Assembly: GCA_965216565.1 (NCBI GenBank)
Contig: OZ244170.1
Location: forward strand, 2,240,001-2,304,000
DNA length: 64,000 bases
Source of the DNA: Bythopirellula sp.
GTDB lineage: Bacteria > Planctomycetota > Planctomycetia > Pirellulales > Lacipirellulaceae
Direction of reading: 5' to 3'
A program made the translations under genes and the position numbers. The notes beneath the pieces are model-generated. The model had not been told where the DNA came from and did no database searches. It was given only the letters and a program-made list of their open reading frames with translations. Below are positions 8,590-19,787 of the stretch, piece after piece. Every line of letters starts with the position of its first letter. Position 1 is the stretch's first letter.

Positions 8590-11373
8590 ATGTCAACAAC
8601 TTCTGCCGATCGCAATCTGCTGTTTGGCGTTCTGGCGGTACAGCTCGACTTTGTCTCGCGCGACGATTTAGTCGCCGCGACCAATCAGTGGAAGCAAAAC
8701 AAGGACCAGCCGCTGAGCAAGGTCTTCATCTCCCAAGGCAAGCTCAACGACGAAGAGTCGAAGCTCATCGAGAGCGTGGTCCAAAAGCATCTAGAGCGCA
8801 ATGGGAAGGATGCCCGCAAGAGCCTGGAATCGATCGAAGCCTTCCAAGCCATTCGAACGACGCTCGGGGAACTGCCCGATACAGAGAATCGTAAGTCGTC
8901 TGATACCGAATTCGATACCGTTGCCGCTCCGCCCAGCGATCCCTACAGCACGCAAATGGCGACAGGGCCAGAACTATCGGGGCATAGTTCTCGTTTCTCG
9001 ATCCTGCGGTTGCACCAGCGGGGAGGATTGGGTCGAGTCTCTATCGCGCTCGATGAAGAACTAAGCCGAGAGATTGCGCTCAAAGAAATCCTCCCAGCTC
9101 ATGCGGACAACGAGGAGAATCGCACACGCTTTGTTCGCGAAGCTGAGATCACCGGCGCACTGGAGCATCCCGGCGTGGTTCCCGTGTACAGCCTGGGCCA
9201 GTTCGCCGATGGCAGGCCGTACTATGCGATGCGTTTCATTCGCGGGATGAATCTGCAGATGGCTATCGAGGATTTCTATCGTTTAGCCGATGGCTCGGCT
9301 GAATCTCAACTTCGCTTCCGCGGCCTGGTAGCGAAAATCATCCATACCTGTCAGACGATCGAGTACGCCCACAGCCGGGGCGTTATTCATCGCGACATCA
9401 AGCCAGGCAACATCATGCTTGGCGATTATGGCGAAACGTTGGTTGTCGACTGGGGTTTGGCCAAGACGCTCGACGAAGAGGCATTCTCTACGGACGTCTC
9501 CACAGCCCCCCCCGTGCAGGCCAGCAAACGGGCCTCCTCCACCAGCACCCAAGTGGGACGGGTCGTGGGTACCCCTTCTTACATGAGCCCCGAGCAGGCT
9601 GCGGGGCGCCTCGATGCTTTGGGACCCGCTAGCGATATCTACAGTCTCGGGGCCACACTTTATCAATTGCTCACCGGTAAGATAGCCTTCCGCGGCAACG
9701 AAGAAGAAGTTCTTGGCAACGTGCAGCTGGGCCGCTTTACTAAACCCCGCGAAGTGAATCCGAAAGCACCGAAGGCCCTCGAAGCCATCTGCCTCAAGGC
9801 AATGGCCCGCATGCCCGAAGATCGCTACCAATCGGCCCGCGATATGGCCGACGACCTCGAACGCTACATGGCCGACGAGCAGGTGAGGGCCTATACCGAA
9901 CCTCTCTACGCCAAAGCATGGCGCTGGACGCGAAATCACAAGGCGGTTGTCATCAGTTCGGCGGCAGCGCTTACTGTCGCGGTGGCGGCACTGACGCTCG
10001 GTATGATTCTTGTCACTGCCGCCTACGACCGGGAGCATAAGCAGCGAAGTCGAGCGGAAGAAAACTTCGGCATCGCCACCGAACAACGAAAACTGGCCGA
10101 ACGCAACTTCAAGCTCGCACGCAATGCGGTGCAAGATTACTTTATCACTATCAGTGAAGAAACCCTGCTCAAACAGCACGGCATGCAGGATCTGCGTAAG
10201 ACGCTGCTGCAACAGGCTCTCGACTACTACCAAAAATTCCTCGATCAGCGCGGCGAAGACCCGTCGTTAAAACGAGAAGTGGCAGAAGCGCATTATCTGG
10301 CGGGAAAGATTACCCAAACCATCGACTCGCCGGAACTCGCCATGGACCATTTCCTGGCGGCAGCCGACTTGCAAAAACAGCTTCTGACAGAAAATCCCAA
10401 TACTCACTCGTTAATCGGCGAGCTCGGCAATACCCTCAACGCGATTGGTGAAGCCCACATCCGCAAATTTGAACTCGAAGAAGCCAAGGAACAGTTTGAT
10501 GCTTCTTCCAAGCTGCGCGCCCAGCTTACGGAACTTAAGCCCGACGATGCAGAGGCAGCCCGCACCTTAGCCAATAGCTACATGAACATTGGTACTGTCT
10601 ACAAATATCAAGGAGAGTTTGAAGACGCGATCCAAGCCATGCAACGTGCCCAAATGATCCGCGTCTCGCAGATTGAAGAGAAAAAGTCTGAGAGTCCCAA
10701 ATTAAAACGGGACCTAGGCATGGGCTATTTCAATCTGGCGACCGTACGGCAGGAACTCGGCGACTCGGCACGGGCCGAAACGCACTACCTGCAAGCCGTG
10801 AAGGTCTTCACCGACTTGCAGGCTTCCCAGCCTAATACCATCGACTACGACCGATTTCTCGCGGCCTGTCAAAGGATGCTCGGCGATCTTCTCAAGGAGT
10901 CCGACGCGGTGAAGTCGGTCGAATTCTATCGGCGTTCTCAACAGGTCTTAGAAAATTCACGTAGCCAGAACCCTAACGTCGTTGACATCGCGGCTGATCT
11001 ATCCGGCCTGTACTTGAATCTGGGCGACTTGCTCCATTCCCAGGGCAAATTGGACGATGCGCTTGATGTACTCGATCGATCGATTAAGGTGCTCACCGAT
11101 CTTTCGGAGGATCTTTCCGATGTGCCATGGTACCGCCTAGATTTGGGCCGTGCCCAACGCAGCGTGGGACTCATCCTCGCCGAAGCAGGTAGACTCGACG
11201 AGGCCAACGTGCAACTCGAAGAATCGCGCGCCACACTTTCAAAACTTGTGAGCGAAGACCTTTCCAACGAAGAATTCACCATCGAATTGGCACTCACCAT
11301 GGATGCCATCGCTGAACTAGAATCTCTCGAAGTTAAAAGCGAGACAGACCCAACCGAAACGCCCGAGCAATAG
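8590..11373 (+). CDS. Serine/threonine protein kinase with TM segment and TPR-like repeats
   Basis: RGGLGRV, IALKE, HRDIKPGN, DWG, GTPSYMSPEQ, DIYSLG; helical C-terminal repeats. Confidence 0.95.
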   Translation: MSTTSADRNLLFGVLAVQLDFVSRDDLVAATNQWKQNKDQPLSKVFISQGKLNDEESKLIESVVQKHLERNGKDARKSLESIEAFQAIRTTLGELPDTENRKSSDTEFDTVAAPPSDPYSTQMATGPELSGHSSRFSILRLHQRGGLGRVSIALDEELSREIALKEILPAHADNEENRTRFVREAEITGALEHPGVVPVYSLGQFADGRPYYAMRFIRGMNLQMAIEDFYRLADGSAESQLRFRGLVAKIIHTCQTIEYAHSRGVIHRDIKPGNIMLGDYGETLVVDWGLAKTLDEEAFSTDVSTAPPVQASKRASSTSTQVGRVVGTPSYMSPEQAAGRLDALGPASDIYSLGATLYQLLTGKIAFRGNEEEVLGNVQLGRFTKPREVNPKAPKALEAICLKAMARMPEDRYQSARDMADDLERYMADEQVRAYTEPLYAKAWRWTRNHKAVVISSAAALTVAVAALTLGMILVTAAYDREHKQRSRAEENFGIATEQRKLAERNFKLARNAVQDYFITISEETLLKQHGMQDLRKTLLQQALDYYQKFLDQRGEDPSLKREVAEAHYLAGKITQTIDSPELAMDHFLAAADLQKQLLTENPNTHSLIGELGNTLNAIGEAHIRKFELEEAKEQFDASSKLRAQLTELKPDDAEAARTLANSYMNIGTVYKYQGEFEDAIQAMQRAQMIRVSQIEEKKSESPKLKRDLGMGYFNLATVRQELGDSARAETHYLQAVKVFTDLQASQPNTIDYDRFLAACQRMLGDLLKESDAVKSVEFYRRSQQVLENSRSQNPNVVDIAADLSGLYLNLGDLLHSQGKLDDALDVLDRSIKVLTDLSEDLSDVPWYRLDLGRAQRSVGLILAEAGRLDEANVQLEESRATLSKLVSEDLSNEEFTIELALTMDAIAELESLEVKSETDPTETPEQ

Positions 11374-11464
11374 GACTCGCCCCTAGCCACGACCAATGAC
11401 GAACTAGCTCCAGCGAGCGGCCTCCCCGTAATCCCACACTCCTCAACCAATAGGGGAACGAAAC

Positions 11465-12034
11465 ATGAGAATACTGCAAAGCCTATTCACACTGTGTCTG
11501 ATGACTTGCATGGCCAGTTTCGCTCAAGCCCAGGAAACCGAGCAACCGCTACCCGACTTCCCAAAACCCACCAAAGAGCATGAGTGGCTCAAGCAATTCG
11601 AAGGCGAGTGGGTGGCCAGTTCCAAGTCGGTAGCCACGCCCGATCAGCCCTCGTTCGAGTGCCAGGCAACGATCAGTAATCGTATGCTCGGAGGTTTCTG
11701 GATGGTAAGCGAAGCCAAGGGCGAAATCGCCGGCGAGAAGGTGCTTTCAATCCAGCAATTGGGTTACGACCCGCAGAAGAAAAAGTACGTCGGCACCTGG
11801 ATCGACAACGCGATGAACCACCTCTGGCATTATCAGGGAACCGTCGACAAGTCTGGCAAAAAGCTCAGCCTGGTAGCCGAAGGGCCCAACTTTATGGAGG
11901 GTGGAAAAATCACCAAGTTCCGCGATAGCTATGAGTTTAAGTCGCCAGACCTGATAGTTTCCACTGCCGAGATCCTCGATGGCGAGGGCAACTGGGTCAC
12001 CGTTATGACGGGTGAAACTAAACGCAAAAAATGA
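11465..12034 (+). CDS. DUF1579 domain protein
   Basis: Signal peptide; PTKEHEWLKQFEGEW, LGYDPQKKKYVGTWID. Confidence 0.85.
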   Translation: MRILQSLFTLCLMTCMASFAQAQETEQPLPDFPKPTKEHEWLKQFEGEWVASSKSVATPDQPSFECQATISNRMLGGFWMVSEAKGEIAGEKVLSIQQLGYDPQKKKYVGTWIDNAMNHLWHYQGTVDKSGKKLSLVAEGPNFMEGGKITKFRDSYEFKSPDLIVSTAEILDGEGNWVTVMTGETKRKK

Positions 12035-12133
12035 CGACCGTTGATCGTTTTCTAGGGTTTTCTATCGGGCAAAATATTCTAAACAGTCCCGTTGCAGGAG
12101 AATTGTTGTCTGACATATTACCCGAGGTCATCC

Positions 12134-13084
12134 ATGTCTACCGCTCGTCCGACCGAATCATTTTGGGATCGCCTCTGCTTCTACTCTGGCCCTTCCGACC
12201 ACGGGTCGATCCATGTGGGACTGCTTCTGCTCAGAATATTTGCCGGGGTGACGATCGCCGGGGCAGGGCTGGACAAGCTGCCTACCTCTACCTGGTTTGC
12301 CGGGCAAGTTGGTGATATTGGTTTCCCTCTTCCCAGTACGTTTGCATTCCTCGCAGCTTTCTCAGAATTTGCCGGCGGCTGGTTGATCGTAGTCGGACTG
12401 CTGGCACGGCCTAGTGCCTTTCTCATCGCGTTCACCATGGGTGTCGCCTCGATCACCATCCATGCCGAAGTGCCCTTTTTCGGACTCAACATCGCTCGTT
12501 TGTATTTCTGGGTTTTTCTGGGATTGACGTTCACCGGTGCCGGTAGGTTTTCTCTGGACCAGTTGGTGCGCACTGGTGCTCTGCCCAAGACTCTCGTCGT
12601 GATAATTCCTCTGCTGTTGCTCGGCTACGGTGGTTACCGCGAATGGGTATTCGAGCCGGAGGTCCAGGAACCCGTTGCTTTCGATCCTCAGGAAATCCAG
12701 CAAATGAGCGTTGCCGGCAGTTTCAACAACTGGGATCTAACCGCGACCCCGATGGAGCAGGACGAACAAGGAGTATGGAAAACCACGGTCGAGATCGAAG
12801 AATCGGGGCCCATTGAATTCAAGTTCGCCGCCAACGAAGACTGGGCTCTTAACACTGGCGCCCCTCCCGAGGCAAAATCGGCATTCCCATTGCAGGCCGT
12901 AGGCTTGATTTCGCTCAACGCCAACCCAGAGAATATCAAAGCCTACATCCCCAGGGCTGGCAGCTACGAGTTTACCTTCGACCCCAGCGATTTCTCGTAT
13001 TCTCTGGACGCTACTTCTCTGAACGCTACGAAGAACGCTGAAGAAGCGGGCAACGAGCGGCCAGCTTCGCCGGGGCCTCGCTGA
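12134..13084 (+). CDS. DoxX family membrane protein fused to a CBM48/SusE-like beta-sandwich domain
   Basis: LLLRIFAG...SEFAGG...GAGRFSLD (DoxX), then VAGSFNNWD...EFKFAANEDW. Confidence 0.8.
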   Translation: MSTARPTESFWDRLCFYSGPSDHGSIHVGLLLLRIFAGVTIAGAGLDKLPTSTWFAGQVGDIGFPLPSTFAFLAAFSEFAGGWLIVVGLLARPSAFLIAFTMGVASITIHAEVPFFGLNIARLYFWVFLGLTFTGAGRFSLDQLVRTGALPKTLVVIIPLLLLGYGGYREWVFEPEVQEPVAFDPQEIQQMSVAGSFNNWDLTATPMEQDEQGVWKTTVEIEESGPIEFKFAANEDWALNTGAPPEAKSAFPLQAVGLISLNANPENIKAYIPRAGSYEFTFDPSDFSYSLDATSLNATKNAEEAGNERPASPGPR

Positions 13085-13150
13085 AAAGCGCTGCTTCCCG
13101 CTCGAATGATCGCATTCTGACGGTCCTGCAAAAAACCTGCGTAAATGGTC

Positions 13151-13195
13151 TTGCACCAAATACTGAACATTTATATAGTATTCGTACGTACAGTA
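13151..13195 (+). promoter_or_regulatory. Sigma70-type recA promoter overlapped by an SOS-box-like palindrome
   Basis: TTGCAC-N17-TATAGT (13151-13179); TACTG-N10-TAGTA (13161-13180); extra CAGTA half-site at 13191. Confidence 0.65.
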
Positions 13196-13316
13196 TTTGA
13201 AGGCACGCTTCCAGTTCCTGTCTTGTCCACGCATCCTTCACTCGTATCGTTTTTGGCACGGCCACGGTGCCCTGCTACACAAACCTCAAATATGTTGTAA
13301 AAAGGGGTCAAAACCA

Positions 13317-14483
13317 ATGGTATCTGCCACTGCATCGCGAAACAGCACAACCAAGAACAACGCATCGAGTAACAAAATGGCTAAGAAGGAAAAAGGGCGC
13401 AAATCTGCCGCCAAGTCTGCAAAGAAGACCGCCGCCGACAAACTGCTAGCGGATAGCCCCGATTTGCGAAACACAGTCGCGGCCATTGAAAAGCAGTTTG
13501 GCGAAGGCTCGATCATGCCGCTGGGTTCCGAACAAACCAAGCGAATTGAAGGCATCCCTACCGGCAGCCTGTCGCTCGATATCGCCTTGGGAGGGCAGGG
13601 CATCCCCAAGGGACGCATCATCGAAGTCTACGGCCCTGAGTCCAGCGGTAAGACGACCCTGGCCTTACACGTGGTCGCCCAAGCTCAGCAAAACGGTGGC
13701 ATTGCGGCATTTATCGATGCGGAGCATGCCCTCGATCCGAGTTGGGCGAAAAAATTGGGTGTCGATCTCGAGACACTTCTCGTCAGTCAACCAGGCCACG
13801 GCGAGGAGGCCATGCATATCACCGAAATGCTGGTCAAGAGTAATGCTGTCGACATCATCGTCATCGACTCCGTAGCAGCACTCGTTCCCAAGAAAGAGCT
13901 CGATGGAGAAATCGGCGACTCGCATGTTGGCTTACAAGCCCGACTGATGAGTCAGACAATGCGTAAACTCACCGGTGCCATTAACAAGAGCAAGACGTCC
14001 GTGATTTTCATCAACCAAATCCGCGAGAAGATCGGCGTGATGTTTGGCAGTCCCGAAACCACCCCCGGCGGTCGGGCCTTGAAATTTTATTCTTCCTGCC
14101 GCATCGACGTGCGTCGCATTGGCCAACTCAAAGATGGCGAAGATGTCGTCGGTCAGCGGGTCCGTGCCAAGGTTGTGAAGAACAAAGTCGCTCCGCCTTT
14201 CCGAGCCGCTGAGTTCGACATGATGCACTCCGACGGCATCAGCTACGAAGGGGATATCCTCGACCTGGGGATGGAGCAGAAAATTGTCGCCCGCACGGGC
14301 GCCTGGTTCCGTTACGGCGAAATGCAACTCGGACAAGGCAAGGAAAAAGCTCGCACCTTCCTCCGCGAAAACCCCGAGACGGCCGAGGAAATCAAACAAA
14401 AGATCCTCGCCGCCGGAGGCTTCGAAGACCTGCTCATGGGTGGTGCCCCGGCTGAGAAAAACGGAGAAGACACCGACGAGTGA
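13317..14483 (+). CDS. recA: Recombinase RecA
   Basis: [46 protein letters not shown]; start 13317 or 13377. Confidence 0.99.
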   Translation: MVSATASRNSTTKNNASSNKMAKKEKGRKSAAKSAKKTAADKLLADSPDLRNTVAAIEKQFGEGSIMPLGSEQTKRIEGIPTGSLSLDIALGGQGIPKGRIIEVYGPESSGKTTLALHVVAQAQQNGGIAAFIDAEHALDPSWAKKLGVDLETLLVSQPGHGEEAMHITEMLVKSNAVDIIVIDSVAALVPKKELDGEIGDSHVGLQARLMSQTMRKLTGAINKSKTSVIFINQIREKIGVMFGSPETTPGGRALKFYSSCRIDVRRIGQLKDGEDVVGQRVRAKVVKNKVAPPFRAAEFDMMHSDGISYEGDILDLGMEQKIVARTGAWFRYGEMQLGQGKEKARTFLRENPETAEEIKQKILAAGGFEDLLMGGAPAEKNGEDTDE

Positions 14484-14494
14484 CTGCTTCTGCT

Positions 14495-14534
14495 AAACGC
14501 AAAGTTCGCTGAGCTACAAGAGGGCCGCAGAGGA
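14495..14534 (+). repeat. Left inverted repeat of the GxxExxY cassette
   Basis: AAACGCAAAGTTCGCTGAGCTACAAGAGGGCCGCAGAGGA, inverted relative to 14967-15004. Confidence 0.75.
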
Positions 14535-14538
14535 TCTT

Positions 14539-14991
14539 TTGAAAGCATTGGAGTGTGGAGCGGTGCGGGAAAATCGATTATCTGAAAAAGTGATTGGCTG
14601 TGCTATCGAGGTGCATCGACAGCTTGGTCCCGGTCTGCTGGAATCGATATATGAAGAATCGCTCTGTCACGAACTTTCGCTGCAAGGCATAGGGTATCAG
14701 CGACAGCGTCTGGTCCCCATAACCTACAAGACGCAAACTCTTGCAACGCCACTGAGACTAGACCTGCTGATCGAAAACACACTAATCTTAGAAATTAAGG
14801 CTAAGGAAAATGTTCACCCAATCGACAAGCAACAGTTACTTACTTACCTACGTCTCTCAAACATGCATTTAGGCCTATTGATTAACTTCAACGTCACGAA
14901 ACTCGTCGATGGACTCTCCAGAGTAGTAAACCAACTACCCGAACGATCGCACGAGTCAGAAACTATTCTCAGCGGCCCTCCCTTTCTCTGA
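14539..14991 (+). CDS. GxxExxY protein (PD-(D/E)XK nuclease superfamily)
   Basis: VIGCAIEVHRQLGPGLLESIYEE, RLDLLIE...EIK, QLLTYL, GLLINFN; start 14539 or 14563. Confidence 0.93.
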   Translation: MKALECGAVRENRLSEKVIGCAIEVHRQLGPGLLESIYEESLCHELSLQGIGYQRQRLVPITYKTQTLATPLRLDLLIENTLILEIKAKENVHPIDKQQLLTYLRLSNMHLGLLINFNVTKLVDGLSRVVNQLPERSHESETILSGPPFL

Positions 14992-15042
14992 GCCCTCTGC
15001 GTTTCATCCACTTTTCCCCAACATCGAGAGCGGAAGCCAACA

Positions 15043-15135
15043 AAGAAATAGCGAAGACCCAAGAAATTCGATCTGATTGAAACGCATAACTCAAACTGGG
15101 AGGATCTTGCGCAAGACTGGTCTGTTAACTCTTAG
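15043..15135 (+). pseudogene. C-terminal remnant of a small GIY-YIG nuclease gene (copy 1)
   Basis: Translates KK*RRPKKFDLIETHNSNWEDLAQDW, matching the KxWxRxKKxxLIExxNPxWxDL tail of small GIY-YIG proteins. Confidence 0.7.
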
Positions 15136-15306
15136 AAGTGCACCTCTTCAGGCTAGATCCCTCGGCAGACCTCGGGATGACAGGTTTTCTCAAGCAACAC
15201 CATCAAGTCTCACAGTGGCCCTCATCAACTCTCTCAGCGGCCCTCCCTTTCTCTGAGCCCTCTGCGTTTAATCCACTTTCCCCCAACATCGAGAGCGGAA
15301 GCCAAC

Positions 15307-15399
15307 AAGAAATAGCGAAGATCCAAGGAAGTCGATCTGATTGAAACGCATAACTCAAACTGGGAGGATCTTGCGCAAGACTGGTCTGTTAACTCTTAG
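15307..15399 (+). pseudogene. C-terminal remnant of a small GIY-YIG nuclease gene (copy 2)
   Basis: Translates KK*RRSKEVDLIETHNSNWEDLAQDW. Confidence 0.7.
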
Positions 15400-15530
15400 A
15401 AGTGCACCTCTTCAGGCTAGATCCCTCGGCAGACCTCGGGATGACAGATTTTCTTAAGCAACACAATCAAGTCTCACAGTAGCCCTCATCAACTCTCTCA
15501 GCGGCCCTCCCTTTTTTGAGCCCTCTGCGT

Positions 15531-16220
15531 TTATTTCGACTGGGGAGGCAACTCAAGCTCCCGCGCCTCCCCTTGTTCATTCGCTTGCCACAGTCGACCC
15601 GCTTCTGGCTCGAGCGCCGTCAGCCAATAGCCGCCGTGGCAATAGGTGTCGATGCATACTAGGTGTCCAGCGTTGAATACTTTGCCCTGTTTGTTGGAAG
15701 TGTGACCCACGATGGCGGTCTTGCCCGAACAATGCGTCTTTGGCATCTTCGCCTTGAGAGATTCCCATCGCATCCAACTCCATGGCTGATCGGCTAGCGG
15801 TAAGCTCGGTTCGTAGTTGCCGTGGGCGAAGAAGAAACCTGGAGTTTCGTAATAGTCGCCCCAACTGCGAATAAACTCGACGTGCTCGGCAGGCACAGAG
15901 TCGAGACTACCCTCCGCTGCGTAAGACTGTAGAGTCTCTGTGCCACCGTGAATCAGCCAATCGCCCTCAGGCATTTGGCCATCGATGGCATCAAGCATCA
16001 TCTGCTCGTGATTGCCAAGAATCGGTACGAGCTGGCACTCTCCCGCGAGTCGCATCAAACGTTCAATAACGCCACGGCTATCGGGACCGCGATCAATCGC
16101 GTCGCCCAACATCACGACCACATCATCGGGCTTTAGATCCAATCTGGCGAGTAGAGTATTCAGTGCCCGTAAGCAGCCGTGAATATCTCCAATGGCGATA
16201 GTTCGAGATTCAGAATTCAT
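15531..16220 (-). CDS. Metallophosphoesterase (PPP-type Ser/Thr phosphatase family)
   Basis: GDIHG, GDAIDRG, GNHE, VGHT, IDT motifs. Confidence 0.93.
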   Translation of the reverse strand: MNSESRTIAIGDIHGCLRALNTLLARLDLKPDDVVVMLGDAIDRGPDSRGVIERLMRLAGECQLVPILGNHEQMMLDAIDGQMPEGDWLIHGGTETLQSYAAEGSLDSVPAEHVEFIRSWGDYYETPGFFFAHGNYEPSLPLADQPWSWMRWESLKAKMPKTHCSGKTAIVGHTSNKQGKVFNAGHLVCIDTYCHGGYWLTALEPEAGRLWQANEQGEARELELPPQSK

Positions 16221-16462
16221 TCAATTGAATGGCAAGGATAGGTGGGTTCATAGGACTTGGTGCCAGGACCGAAAATAGAACGAATATCCCTGTTGGATTT
16301 CAAGCCCTAATTGTCGGCAAATACCCACCTGACGTTGATTGACAATTAGCAGCCCACAGATAGGATGACTCATTGAAGTCTCTTCGATCTGTCAAGCGGT
16401 TGTGCGACCCAAGTGATGGCGCACTGCTTGGCACATCGAATATTTAGAACTAATGGCGCTAA

Positions 16463-17842
<1,380 letters not shown>

Positions 17843-17884
17843 CACCAACCAGCTTGGAACGCCTATCTAATTGGACACTAAGTT

Positions 17885-18244
17885 ATGACGAAACGATTCG
17901 CTACACTTGCGAGCTTACTTCTTTTGGCCGGCTGCTCCACTGAGAATGTCTCTCAAACAGAAGCCCCTGCCACCGAGCCTGTCGAAGTCACTGAGACAGC
18001 GTTCAACACCTCCGGTGCCCCGACGGTGAAGATCAACGTACCCGACGTGGTGTGCGAATCGTGTGTGGCCAAGGTAAAAGAAGCGCTCACCTCGCAACCT
18101 GGCGTGAAGGACGTGATGGTCAGCCTGGAGGATAAGATTGCGACGGTGGCGGTCGACAAGCAGGCTTTCGAGCCTCAAGAAGCAATCGCTTTGCTCGTGG
18201 ACTATCAATTCACAAACTCAGCAATGGCTGGCTCCAGCAAGTAA
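17885..18244 (+). CDS. Heavy-metal-associated (HMA) domain lipoprotein
   Basis: Lipobox LLAGC; VPDVVCESCV (CxxC) followed by HMA pattern PGV...VSL. Confidence 0.8.
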   Translation: MTKRFATLASLLLLAGCSTENVSQTEAPATEPVEVTETAFNTSGAPTVKINVPDVVCESCVAKVKEALTSQPGVKDVMVSLEDKIATVAVDKQAFEPQEAIALLVDYQFTNSAMAGSSK

Positions 18245-18270
18245 GCACTCTCGGCTCGAGTCTCTGACTC

Positions 18271-19659
18271 TCACTCCGATGTTTTGCCGAGCTGTTCATT
18301 CTTCGGGTGATAGAACAGTGCGATCGGCAACGTCAGAGCGGCAATGAAAAAGAACATTGCACTACGCGGCCAGTTCTGGTTCTCAATCAACTGTGTTAGC
18401 ACACCGTAGAGAACGCCAGAAATCGCAATACCCACCCAATTGGCCTGATTCATCACGGCGATCATGCGTCCCTTCTTATCACGAGGCGGGCGCGACTGCA
18501 TAAACACCTGCAGCGGCACCGCAAACATGCCAGTAAAGATGCCTAATAGCAAAAGTACGGGAAAGCTCCCCCAAAAACCGAGCCACTGACTCGACTCGCC
18601 CACGCCGGGCTTGCGGAGTAGGTTACCTTCTGCATCTTGCAACAATGAGATATCGCCATCGGCGGGCAATCCCACCAGAACCAGGCAGACGAACATGCCG
18701 ATGCTGCCAATGCGCACCAATCGAAAATCAACTTTGCCGCCGGAAACAATTCCTCCCACCACACAACCGATGGCGATGCCAACACCAATTATTGCGGCCA
18801 ACACGCTGGTCCATTGGTCACCGATTTCTAAAGCCACTTTCCCCAACACATTAACCGCCGAGGGAACCATCCCCGCCAAAAGCCAGAAAGTGCTAGAGAT
18901 CAGCAACGCGGCCAGCAGAGGTTTGTCGGCCCATAACATCTGCCTCATGTCCTTGGGAACTGCTAGAGCAGACGCGTGGAATTTTAGATCGGGATTAGCT
19001 GGTTCAATTTTCCTTACCAGTAGCGAAGAGGCAGTGCCGAGCACAGCAATTGAGACACAGGCTACAGACGCAATCCACAGCTGAGCGCGAAAGTACTCGA
19101 GTAGAATTCCTGCAACCGCCGTCCCGAAAATAATTGCGAGGAAGGTCGTCATCAGAATAAACCCGTTGGCTCGTGGCAAATCCTTGCCTCGGAGCATCTC
19201 TGGCAAAATCCCATACTTGGCTGGCCCAAAGAATCCACTTTGAGCACCCATAAAAAATAAAACCACGTACAGCAGTGTGAGGCTCTGATTGTGGGTATAC
19301 ACGGCGAAAGCCGCAGCCCCCGCGGCCATGACTAGAATTTCCAAGAATTTGCAGGCAACAATAATGCCTCGTTTTCCCAGTTTGTCTGCCAAATATCCGG
19401 CAAGACCCGTGCTGAGCAAAAACGGAATGGAAAACAGCAACATCGCTCGCCCTTGCTGATCCTCCGACTCGGCACCGGCAGCCGCAACCGTGGAAATTGA
19501 GAGCAGTAAAATCAGTTGCTTGAAGAGATTATCGTTAAACGCGCCAAAGAACTGAGTCACCGCCATGCCCCAGAAACTGCGGTCGCGGTAGAGCGTTGGC
19601 AGCGTCGACTCGTCGAAGGAGTCAGTGAGCGCTTCAGAAATGGATTCAGCGGATGCCAT
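18271..19659 (-). CDS. MFS transporter (LplT/Aas-like)
   Basis: TQFFGAFNDNLFK, FGPAKYGILPE, GRMIA; about 12 hydrophobic segments. Confidence 0.88.
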   Translation of the reverse strand: MASAESISEALTDSFDESTLPTLYRDRSFWGMAVTQFFGAFNDNLFKQLILLLSISTVAAAGAESEDQQGRAMLLFSIPFLLSTGLAGYLADKLGKRGIIVACKFLEILVMAAGAAAFAVYTHNQSLTLLYVVLFFMGAQSGFFGPAKYGILPEMLRGKDLPRANGFILMTTFLAIIFGTAVAGILLEYFRAQLWIASVACVSIAVLGTASSLLVRKIEPANPDLKFHASALAVPKDMRQMLWADKPLLAALLISSTFWLLAGMVPSAVNVLGKVALEIGDQWTSVLAAIIGVGIAIGCVVGGIVSGGKVDFRLVRIGSIGMFVCLVLVGLPADGDISLLQDAEGNLLRKPGVGESSQWLGFWGSFPVLLLLGIFTGMFAVPLQVFMQSRPPRDKKGRMIAVMNQANWVGIAISGVLYGVLTQLIENQNWPRSAMFFFIAALTLPIALFYHPKNEQLGKTSE

Positions 19660-19715
19660 GGGACAGATTATGCGGCGGGCAGCATCGGGTCACAAGGCGA
19701 GTTTCAGGAGATCTT

Positions 19716-19753
19716 AACGCAGAGGACTCGAAGGTGCCGAGGGCCGCGGAGAG
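19716..19753 (+). repeat. Left inverted repeat of the immunity-gene cassette (same family as the GxxExxY flanks)
   Basis: AACGCAGAGGACTCGAAGGTGCCGAGGGCCGCGGAGAG. Confidence 0.8.
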
Positions 19754-19787
19754 GAAGTTTCAGATTCTGCGAGCAAGCTCTTGATTG

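Larger units (their letters stand above)
14967..15531 (+). repeat. Tandem duplication: two units of about 265 bp plus a third copy of the boundary repeat
   Basis: TCTCAGCGGCCCTCCC...GAGCCCTCTGCGTTT begins at 14967, 15232 and 15496; the two intervening segments are near-identical. Confidence 0.95.

Noticed and set aside
14967..15531. Possible CRISPR array (three copies of a 38-bp repeat)
   Set aside because: Intervening segments are about 227 bp and near-identical to each other; no cas genes
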